Shown here: positions 22,839-34,000 of the stretch, piece by piece
How the letters are laid out: each line of letters starts with the position of its first letter
How positions within the stretch are numbered: the stretch's first letter is position 1
NCBI GenBank assembly: GCA_047495785.1
Contig: JBLDXI010000074.1
Location: 1,116,001 to 1,180,000, forward strand
DNA from: Lepidodermella squamata
Taxonomy: Eukaryota; Animalia; Gastrotricha
DNA length: 64,000 nt
Reading direction: 5' to 3'
The notes under the pieces: generated by a model
Told to the model about the DNA's origin: nothing
The model's input: only the letters and a program-made list of their open reading frames with translations
The model's database searches: none
Program-made: the position numbers and the translations under genes

Positions 22839-23510
22839 ATGAAGCTGAAAATGATGGTTCAAGTCTTCTTCTTGTTGATGACTGTTTTAGGCCTAAGCTT
22901 CGGCAGTCTTATCAGCTACAATGAACAGTTCGCCAGTGAATCGGACGCCGACTACGACGAACGCGCGGGTAAGATGGGTTGGGCTCAGTTGGCTGCCGGA
23001 ATTCTCGGCCCGGTCCTAGGCAGTCTCACTAGTGGCCTGCTTGGTAAATCAACGGGCTACGGCCAGGATGTTAACAACATGGTTGGCGGGCCAGTCTGCG
23101 AGAAGGGCGGGCAATACGAGCCGCTGATGGGCGCCCAGGGTGAGGCTGAGGGTGACGAAGAGACTGGAGCGAACGAAGGTGAGTAGACTTCTGACCAAAA
23201 AAATAAAAAAATACTTTTCCTGCATTTTTCAAAATTTGTGAAAATTCTAAAATAATTTAGGAAATCGGCTTTGATATTTTTTTATTCCGTCATTTATTTC
23301 ATTTCAGGTGGGTATGGCCAGGCTGATGAAGAGTCGCTGTTCAGAAGGCGCCGCGCCGTGAAGACGCCCTGCCAGCGACACCGCGACTGCGCCCGCCAGT
23401 ACTACGTCTGCTGCCGGGCGATGAGCGGCCGCGGCTTCGAGTGCCGCCAACCGCGCCTTCAAATCACGCACACCAGCAAGGGCGCGCTCGTCAATTTTGC
23501 CCGCGACTAG
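22839..23510 (+). CDS. Secreted multi-peptide precursor (amphipathic peptide + Cys-rich WAP-like domain); exons 22839-23178, 23308-23510
   Basis: Signal peptide, acidic pro-piece ending DER, GWAQLAAGILGPVLGSLTSGLLGK, acidic spacer, RRRR, then C-x5-C-x6-CC-x9-C domain. Confidence 0.85.
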
Positions 23511-24625
23511 TTACCTACACAATAGCTACGACAAACCTGGTCCTGTTTTAACTACGAAGCATTTTTCACGAAACAAACTTTGCTTCTAAACGAGTTTTTA
23601 CATCAATTACTTTCAGTAAAAAATCGATGATTACGAAAATAAAATAAGTATAATGCAGGTCGAAATTGGTATTTTTTCAAAAATGACATGCAATTAGCGT
23701 TGAAACACCAATGAAAGAGTTTTCCTATCCTTAAAAATTGAATTTTCTGATCCAAATTTAATTAGTCTTCAGCTTTAGTTAAAATCGACATTTCTTACCG
23801 CATCAGTAATCCCACAAAGGAAATCCTAATAATAATCCTCACACGTCTATAATACCTCCAACTTGAAATGCGGTTGAAACTTCCTACAAGAGCAGCTGAA
23901 AAATCGGCCCAGATAATGCGGGAGTTGTCTGTTCAAGTGAATACGACTTGTTTACTCGTGAATCTGGCGCAATAGAGCCCGAAGTTTGCTCGAGGACTAA
24001 CTCAAGCCAGACTCAATCGCGGGACAAGCTACTAGGGGGTGGCCAAAATGAACGGCAGGTTGCGAATTTCATTGACTAGAGTACGCATCAATTTATTGAG
24101 GAGTTTTGAGAAATTTATGTATTTCAAGCATTCGTTTGCCCCTGAAAACTCTTCATTTTCTCGAAACTCTTCGTTAAATTGATGCGCACTCCAGTCAATG
24201 AACTTCGCAACCTGCAGGTCTTTTGGCCACCCTGTACATGATTCAGGACTGATGGCGTATGTCTCTTGTCTAGAAGCATTTCTGTTAGGAACATAATGCT
24301 CTGACCAATTTAACTGGTTTCCATTGTTTCCCTCTCCACTAACAAGTAGAAACGCAGAATTCAATGCGTCTCGCTCGCTTGCTCTGCGATTGTGACCTAC
24401 AAATAATTGTGTGAACGATTCATATAGGTTGGCAGGAAAAGATGCCGTTGGGCTTTAATGGGTTAAGAAGCAAAGCTTTCAGAATCTTTTGTCATTATGC
24501 AATGCAATTTTTGTTTCTCTCGTAATGGATTGCGTTGGGAAAATGGCTCGCGCCCGCTTACTCCTAATCATCGCTGAATTTCAGCCCATTATCATTTTCA
24601 GCAACTTCATTTCGAACACAAAATA

Positions 24626-25242
24626 ATGAAGCTGAAAATGATGGTTCAAGTCTTCTTCTTGTTGATGACTGTTTTAGGCCTAAGCTTCGGCAGTCTTATC
24701 AGCTACAATGAACAGTTCGCCAGTGAATCGGACGCCGACTACGACGAACGAGCGGCTGTGGAGCGCGGTTGGGGCCAGTTGGCTGTCGGCATTCTTGGCC
24801 CGGTTCTCGGAGGTCTGACCAGTGGGTTGCTAAGTAAAAAAATGGCCAACGGCCAGGATGTTAACAGCATGGTTGGCGGGCCAGTCTGCGAGAAGGGCGG
24901 TCAATACGAGTCGCTGGTGGGCGCCCAGGGTGAGGCTGAGGGTGATGAAGAGATTGGAGCGAACGAAGGTGAGTCGACTTCTGACAAAAAAAGGTGGATG
25001 GACTTGGATTTTATAATTTTGGACATTTTCATGTTGTTTCAAACAGTTTAAAAAATTCAATTATTTTTTTAAATGTATTTTTGAAAATACCTAAAATTTT
25101 AGGAAATTTTTTTGTAAATCAGCAAATTTAATGCATTTCAGGTGGATATGGCCAGGCTGATGAAGAGTCGCTGTTCAGAAGGCGCCCTGCCAGCGGCACC
25201 GCGACTGCGCCCGCCAGTACTACGTCTGCTGCCGGGCGATGA
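24626..25242 (+). CDS. Paralog of 22839 precursor with frameshifted exon 2 (exons 24626-24968, 25142-25242)
   Basis: Identical signal/pro-region. A 16-nt deletion after AGAAGGCGCC shifts the Cys domain out of frame; TGA at 25240-25242. Confidence 0.75.
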
Positions 25243-27904
25243 GCGGCCGCGGCTTCGAGTGCCGCCAACCGCGCCTTCAAATCACGCACACCAGCAAGGG
25301 CGCGCTTGTCAATTTTGCACGTGACTAGTTAACGCCTCAATGACTGGCCATGTCTGCATTTTTTCCACGAAACAAGCTTTGATTATTAGCGAATTGTTAC
25401 ATCAAATTTCAAAGTTCAGTACGAAAAATAAACTGCAGGTCTATACATTCTGTGTTTGTTAATTTTCATGAAAATAGGCACCTGTGGCCTTTGTTATCAT
25501 AAAAATGACATGTGCGACATTTCAGCTAACGGCAATAGAGCCGAATATTAATGTTTATTAAATTCGCAATCATCTCGGCTCTCCTCCTTAAAATTTAGAC
25601 GCTTAGATCGCCATCAAAGCCCAGACATGGAATCACCGGCGTCGGCAGTAATTGACAGTTGATTTTACACTCTCAAAATTGTACAGGCCATAGAGTACAT
25701 TAATCGAATAAAGCGTATTTAAACCGGCTGCAAAGGGTCAGCACTTCCGATCACACTTAAGGCAACCAAGCATATTCGCATCATTTCATCAGGAATAAAA
25801 ATAAAGATAAAACTTATAATAATATATTATACTATGAAGTGTGATATGATACCTAATAAAATCGCGCGCGCCTCAAGGAGGTGCCGCGATGCGCGACATA
25901 ATTAACGACGCGCGTCGTCCGGAAATATGGATACGCGGCCTGGCTAATTATTATTTATTTGACACACGCACACAAATCGAATTTATGGTGATGCCGACAC
26001 CTTGCAGCTAATCTCAGCTCGAGGAGTTGAGGTGGTACACACTCCAGAATCACTAGTAAATTATATAGCGATTATATTGAATTTATTTGTTCTATATATC
26101 CATCCATCCGTCACGGCTACGCGCTAATGGCCAAATATATTTTATAGTTTTCCTCTGTGTTAGCAGTTTCTGCGGCAAAAATCGAAAAAATCGTACGATT
26201 CAGGCTATGATCCATTTTATTGACAAATAGTATAATTTCTACAACAGAGTGACCAAGGCTAGGGAAAATGTGACGAAAATGTGTTTGCACTATTTTCCGA
26301 TACGATGATATAAAGCGTGGCAAAAAGATATAATCCGTATCCATATTGCTTTTCTTTCAAGAAAATGATTTCGCCCTTAACATTGAGTATTTTATAGCAA
26401 TTTTTTCTTTGTTTCGTCCTAATATTTTCTGAATTTCATAGATTTTTCAATCCTTACTTTTCACAAGCCCAAGTTAATTTTTTATTATTGTCGATTTATG
26501 AATAAATTGCGGAAAAATTAAGAGAATTTGTTTGCTAATTTTATGGCCTTTTATATATGATTATTTCATAAAACAGCCGGCGGCCTAATTTTCATTTTTC
26601 AACGCTATTTATGAGAGATTTTTGTGCTCTTATCACCGCTGAAATATAACTTCCTTTTTCGTAATTATTTACCGCTCAAAACGCAGAGCCTTGGGGGGTT
26701 GAAACGGCGCGAAGAGGAAAAATAACGTACAAAATATTTACGTTTTTATTGTTAACGTTTCAATATTACTTATCGTATATATCGGCGCGTGATTTTCGCC
26801 TCGCTTAAGTGTAGGGTGAGTAAAGCCACTTGAGCGCACTTTCAACCGCCAATCTATATTATATATAAATATAATTGTTTATTGTTTTTGCGCGCGTAAA
26901 TCGAGAGGCGAGCCAGAGAACTGTGCGTGTGTTTAGCAGTGGAAAGTGGGAAGTGAAAATAATAATAACAGCAGTGATTTTGACCAGTGCCAATTTGGCG
27001 CCTATCACTTTTGAAAGCTGCGAATGAAACACGCCGAACAGGCCTCGCGCGCTAAAAAGATGCGCGTGCGCGCACACTTTTATATTACTTTGACCTACTA
27101 CATTCGCGAAAAGTGCGCGCTTAACGCTCAAGGTACATATTATTGCTACTAGGCAATAATACCTACTTAATATAACCACTTGCGGCGCTTCTTCATATTA
27201 GATAAAAATCGAAGTATTATTTTTCTTTGTCTCACCGTGCGATATGAGCTATAATTAAATACCTGCGAGCCGCGAGCCGCCTTAAAATTTCCCCGCTCCT
27301 CGTGTTCACGCCTCATCGCGGTAATACTTCTCATTACAGGTTGTTTTTCTTCCTATATGGACTTATATTTGATAAAACAGCAGCATGTGTGCATACTTAT
27401 TTATTGTATATCATACAAATCGCAGCATGATTTTTCAATGAAGCTCGCGGGTATTTTTAACGTATTTACACCGCGCCTATCTTATATTCACTCAGCATAT
27501 TGTATCGCCCTTGTGTATAGGCAAAAACGAGCAAAACGAGTGGTTTTTAATAAACACAGCGCGCGTTTTGTTTGCTGGTCAATGGCTATTATGAGCGCAT
27601 GACTTTTTGTTGAAAAATAACAGCAGGTTTTATTCCTTATAGGCATTACATTTTAGCGCTATAAATTGGAAAAAAACCAGCTCTCTCATTATTTCTAAGC
27701 GTTTGTCCCGTTGTTTTGTCACAGAAAACGTGATGATTCCGCATTTTCATCGTCATCATTTCTGGATCCGGCTTATTAATTTAGGACACCTCTCGGCGCA
27801 AATTGCAAGAGCTTTCTTAACGAAATAGAAATTTAATTGCGAAAATATTTTAAAACAAAACCAAATAATTCATGATTTTAAACTAGAAGACCGTAGTGCT
27901 CAGT

Positions 27905-28047
27905 CCTTTTCCTTTCCTTTCCTTTCCTTTCCTTTCCTTTCCTTTCCTTTCCTTTCCTTTCCTTTCCTTTCCTTTCCTTTCCTTTCCTTTCCTTTCCTTT
28001 CCTTTCCTTTCCTTTCCTTTCCTTTCCTTTCCTTTCCTTTCCTTTCC
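27905..28047. repeat. (CCTTT)n microsatellite, ~28 units
   Basis: Direct observation. Confidence 0.98.
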
Positions 28048-31000
28048 CTTTGAGGTTCAATGTCCTTAATTAGTTCCGGTAAACTTTCACTTTTTCAAAA
28101 CTTTTGAAAAAACATGTCCTTATATCCCAGTATAGGCCATAGTCACCTTGCACTGATTGTTTTTGTTAGGCTCATCCATCCTATTATTCAGCGATAATTA
28201 GGAATTAAATTCAGAAGTAAACACGGCCGACTCGCCTCATATTTTATTTTTCTCAATTTTATTTACCTTTATTTTTCGCAGATTTCAAATGCTAATTATT
28301 CAAGTGCATAGCTTCAAATCGCCTTAAAAAGAGCGATATAATAGGCGTTCGTATTATTGAATTAGCGCGATTTTGCGCCTTGTTTACAAAATAACGGCCT
28401 TTTCTATGCTTGTCGCCGATTTTTCTCTGCTGTCAAGTGCATTATAATCGCATCGCCTCGCTTAGGTGCAAACTGACCGAAGTGAAGTCGCCGGAAGCCT
28501 TTCCTATCACGTCTCTCGACAAAGGCGACTAAAATAACTTCCCTTTCCTGTGGCCATTTTTCGACCATTTTCACGCTATTACTTATATTCGCGATATTAT
28601 TATTTTAATACTACTGCGGCCTTGGGTTTGATTCTTCAGGAAAAACGAGGCGACATCCCGTGCAATCGACTTGATTTTCTCGATTTAAATGCACTTTCAG
28701 TTCGGCAAATCTAAAAAAAATAGTTTCAATAATTCAAGATTTTCGCTTTTTTTTAGTATTTGGTTCTAATACAAAATGTTAAAATTGGGATATTTTTCAC
28801 ATATTTTTCCGCACTGAGGTTGTCCTCATTTGCAAAATCGCAATTTATTGCCCACTTTATTGTTTCATACTCAGCAACCACACCCTCTTTATTATGCCCA
28901 TCTTCATATAAGAGTGCACAACATTTTCAAGCGCATCATCAATATCAATCTGATTATTGTTTTCCGGCTATATAATATTTTTTTCATCAACGATCACACC
29001 CTCTCGATTGTGATTTTATTTTTCACACAAAAATGGCAGTTATATGTTGTATATTTTCGGTCGGCGAAGAAATGCTGTGCAACAATAAGACAAGTAGCCG
29101 ATGCAAATATCATTATGTAATAGCCGCTGTTTTGTTTACGCCAGTGCGCGCGCGCGGAATCATGTCGCGACGCGCTATATATATAATAAAAATTTGAGAC
29201 ACCCTGCGCGCGCGCACAAAATATCCCGCGCAACTAATTACGCGCGCTTTTTTCGTAAATAATTCATTTTCTAAAGGGTGTATAAATCCCTCGTACGTCA
29301 CTTTTTCGTTTTGTTTCACGCGCGCCTATCGCGTTTCGCCTATTATTTTTAGCGCCGAGACCGAGACGTGCCGCTGACAGTCTCTTTCTCTCATTGTTTA
29401 TTTACTACTACTATAACAGCTTTTTCATCAACAAAAATAATAATAATAGCGAAAAAAATCGAGGCGGTAGTGTCTTTTTGCGCGAATAGCGACCAGATTC
29501 GCTTTAAGTATTTAACGTGTTTTCTTTCACTTTAGCTAGGTGGTTGAAAAGCCACCGCAGCGTTTTGTTGACAGGGCACTAGAAAAACACGGCGGCTCGT
29601 GAGCGATAATTATAACCTACCTGTGCGAAGACGAGTGGCGCTGAGTGAGTGACTGACTGCTGCTGGGATCGGCGTCAAGACCCCACGCTTAGCTTTCTTT
29701 ATTTAGCTAAGCAAGTGGCAATATTCTTTTGACAACGCGCTTTTTATAGCCGGTGGCCGTTTTTCTTACAGCCGCCGTCGCAAAGTGCGTCTCTTGTGCT
29801 GTCAAAATAAATTAGCGCGCGTGAGAAGTGCGCGCGCCAGGTGATGACGCGCCTGTTGCGCTGAAAATATGCGAATATTTTTTCACACAAACTTATCTTT
29901 CTTACGTTTTTTCGAAATTAAATAATTGTTTTTTAATGAACTAGTAACAAATAGTGGAATTTTTTTATTAACGTCACACTATTTGCTTTGATTTCCATAA
30001 AATTGAAAGTAGCAAATCCTGGAAGAAAAAATGTTTTTGGCATATTTTCCTTTCCGTGATTTCAAGATTTTTACCCTATTGGACAGTTCAAGTTTTAGTG
30101 TCGAGGGTCATTCGAGGGTCCCAAATCGACATCGGAGTTTTCCATCTTTTAGCATTTCTTGAAATGAAGTATTGCTCCAATCACCATGGAACTCGAGCTA
30201 ATCGAATGCTAGATGGACGGGCAATTTTATGCATCGAACCCTGTTTTTCATTCGACGTTGCCAAGTTATTTAGTTAGTGATGAATGTGTCCAATTACCTT
30301 GCGTGGTTTAGAATATAAGTTAATTACTTCGGATTCTGTGGGTACTACAATATCAAAAACATTCAAGCCATAATTTTTCCACAACATTTGAAGAGAAAAA
30401 TTCTCTTGTTGACGACTCGGTTTCAGTTTTTATAGCCTTTTCCAGCCTTTCCCTCTCATTTTTTTGTAGAATTTCTAATTGCTTGACATGGCTAGTATAT
30501 TGTGATCATTTTCTTATTATTTTTTGCCGTGTTTCTTGATTACTTTTTTTGCAGTGTGGTGCGATAGTAATTAACACCTGTCGCAATTTTCGACTGCTCG
30601 GCGCCTCACTTGCGAGTCGAAAAAAGTTACCTCGCGACTCGGAACACGAGACGCGATGACCCTAGTTGCGCAATAATATACTCGCAACATTTTATTACCC
30701 ACCACCACCACCACGGTCCTTCTTATACTTACTCAACAATACAAATAACAATAACAACACGAGATACCTGCGTGTGACTCAGGTAAAGCCGTCTAGCACA
30801 GGAAGAGCTGGACGTGTTTGCGGATCACGCGGCTCGGGTTGACTTGCCGCGCCCGCTGCAAGACACGCGCGCAGTGACCTGAACGGTGATTCAGAGTGAA
30901 GATGCGCAAATAGCACCCTGTTATACTTATTACAGGGCGCCCGCACACTCCGTCCAAGTAGAGGGAGCGCGCGCGCAAACACTTGTCAGTAAACGCCCGA

Positions 31001-34000
31001 CTTGGTAAAAGCGTAACCAGAAAGGCAAATAGTACCTAAATTCTTCGCATCAGGTAGGCAGGCAGGCACCTAGGAACGATAAATAGTACCTAACAAATAC
31101 CTAACCCTATTTTGCGAATTACAGCGCCGTGTGACAAGTGGGCTGTATATTATTGAATGAATGGCTATTATATCTTTTGTTTTTCCAGCTTTGTCTCTTC
31201 ATTCATTCATAGATGCTTGATGGATGTGGTGAGGTATGTTGGCAAAATAAGTGGGCGCCAGTGCGATTGCGGTGTAATTTAGTGCCTAGGTCGCGGTTTT
31301 TTTTCGCCTCGCGTCACCTGTGCGCGCCTCGCCAATGTCGCACTTGGCCGCGCGGCGGTACGCCTCTCGCGCAGCCGCCAAGCCGGAACTGGCGGCGCTT
31401 GTCAAAAATTCAAGCCTTGACTCGCCAACGCCTTATTATCAACCTGTATTATCAATTGTCTCATTCAATATACAATAATACCAGTATCTTATTGCTCAGT
31501 AATCAGAGTATTGGGAAGCAATTTTTGAGAATTTCTAAAATTTTTCGATTATTTTGAATCCATAAAAATCACAAAGGGCAATATGTATGATTTTTTTTAT
31601 GAATTATGAAAATACCGAGAATATAGGAATTTTTAATTATTCAGAAAAATAGAGAACCTTTTGAATTTTTGAATTTTATTTCGAAATATTGGTCGTCGAC
31701 TCGCTTTTCCATTTTTTTTTATCAATTTAGCTTCACCATTCTTTAGAATTTAACTCTTACGTTTTCATCATTTTTCCAATTTTCCTGCATTTTTTGAATT
31801 TTCGCTCGGTGGTTATTCATCCAGGTTTGCGTTTTTTTTCGTTTAAACATAACTAGGAACAGCAGGCATTTTCCCAGTTTTTCCAAAGGTCTATTATTTT
31901 ATCTATGTTATCGTATCTTAATGAATTTTTAAAGGAATTTTAAGGATTTGTCTTAAGCCAGTTCACGAAATGCCTAAGGCAACGTTTTTACAAAACCAAA
32001 GCGGCTCACTTGTGTGGCCTTAATGAAACTCGCGGCCGCTAATAATCATCATCCTGCGTTCCCCTTTCAACTCTCAGATTGCCGTATACTAAAATGTCGT
32101 AACAGGTGCGATTAGTGGGGCCGAAGTCCTCGAGTGACAGAAACCGCCAACTCGCATCCGCCGCGCTGTCATCACCGCACGCGCTAAAGATAAAAGAAAA
32201 GCGCGCACAAGGCCTCGCAATAAAAATTAGTGCGCGCGCACTTTAATTATTATTAGTATTAGATATATTATTGGAACCCCTGCGCGCGCGTTCACCTTAT
32301 GGCCTAATGGCTTCTTAATGGCTATAATAATCCTAAAAAGCCGTCATTGTAACGACCACCACCAAAATCCTCCTCAAAAACCCATCGACATCTGTTGTGT
32401 GATGAGTCATCAAGTGCAGTGCTCGGTCGACTTGAACGGGGCCGGGTGACAATTCGATTGCAACAGGCGCTAGACACGCTTGTGCCAAATCGAATAGTAT
32501 AACATATATTTTTACAAAATTTTATTATCATTTCGCATTATCATGAAGCAGCGATGATGAGGCGATTTAATTACACGTTGTATTATTATCGTATCATTTT
32601 CGCCTCGTTTAGCCGAGGCGTGCGTGGAAATCAGCGGCGATGTATCAGTGACGAGGCGAAAATCACTTTCGATGTACAAAATGACGCTACAATAATATCG
32701 ACTCGGTAGCTGTTGTTGTAGTCGATTGTTGTCGCCTCGTCATTGTTGTTGTGATGCCGCCACCGCTCATTTTAGGCGGTGCCGACACAACGCAAGCTCG
32801 TAAAATAAAATAAAATAATAATTATTTCCGACTCCAAGCCTCACAGCGAATGCGAAATTTTGGCAGGTATTCAGTTATTTTTGTGAATAATAAACAATGC
32901 GCGGCGTCGTAAAATTCGGCGCGCACCTGGTTTTTGGCCGAATTTTTATGATAACATACCTACGTATAGCCGAAGAGTGCGCGAGCGCGCGCATCTTTTT
33001 ATTACTCACAGCCGGTTTTAATCACCCTGTTATAGCTTTCATTATTTATTACTATCGAATTTCATGACGTGGAACAACGCATTCGCGCTTTGTGCTTCGA
33101 TGATTTGCCGAGATAAACGGCCGCGCCTCTTGCGCAATTTAATGTAGGTCACCGCGCTGTGCGATGATGACCCGTTATGTCATGGTGTCAACTTCTTCGT
33201 CGTACCCGGTACTTGGGCGTTAATTGGCGCGTATCAAAATACGCTCTATACCACTCGATCGCAATAGTACGCTCCCATCCTCGCAGATGTTGGCCTTGAA
33301 AAGTTAATAGCAGGGTGGTCAGATTACGAGTTTGGCTGCATCTTACACTTATTCTTCCTTGAATGATATCTTGTTTCGATTTTATCACTGAAATTGTGCC
33401 ATCTCTAAAGGAATTTGATTGATATTTATAATTTCCTCCTTATTTTATAGAATTTCTCCATTTTTTTTAAGAATATTTCATACAATTTTCTATATTTTTA
33501 AAACTGAAATCTAGCCAAAACTCAACGTTTTCTTCAATTTCCTGAATTTCCAATTTCCTGATTTTTCATAGGTCGATATTAAATGAAATGTGAAATTTAT
33601 GGGAATATTCGACCGACGACCTCAGTTTAAAAAATATTGGTATTTTTTTACCGTTTTTTAACGATGCGTTTAGATATTTTTCTGTTAATCCCACTATGCA
33701 TTTTGACCTCCCTTGAAATCGTCGTAAATATCCTCAAAATCGGGCGAATTTTCTACTTTTTTAATATTTGCAGGTGGCTTTCCCGTAACCTACTTTGAAC
33801 TACGCCTGCCAAATATAGAAAAATCTAGCGCAAGTGCCTTAATTTGCGTGTGGCCTAACAACTAATCTCGCACCTAAATCACTGCCGTTATTTATTGCCC
33901 CAACAATTTTTCGTTGTTTTTTGCGCCTCACTCACTCGCTCGCTCACTCGACAGGTGAGGCGCGCATTAATTAGCGCGTCTCGCGTATGTGCCGAACCCC

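Larger units (their letters stand above)
22320..25440 (+). repeat. Tandem duplication of a ~1.3-1.6 kb unit (~22320-23640 and ~23857-25440)
   Basis: Both units start AACTTGAAATGC..GAAACTTCCTACAAGAGCAGCTGAAAAA and contain the same promoter and prepropeptide gene. Confidence 0.85.

Noticed and set aside
27878-28060. ORF with KERKG repeats
   Set aside because: Translation of the (CCTTT)n microsatellite.
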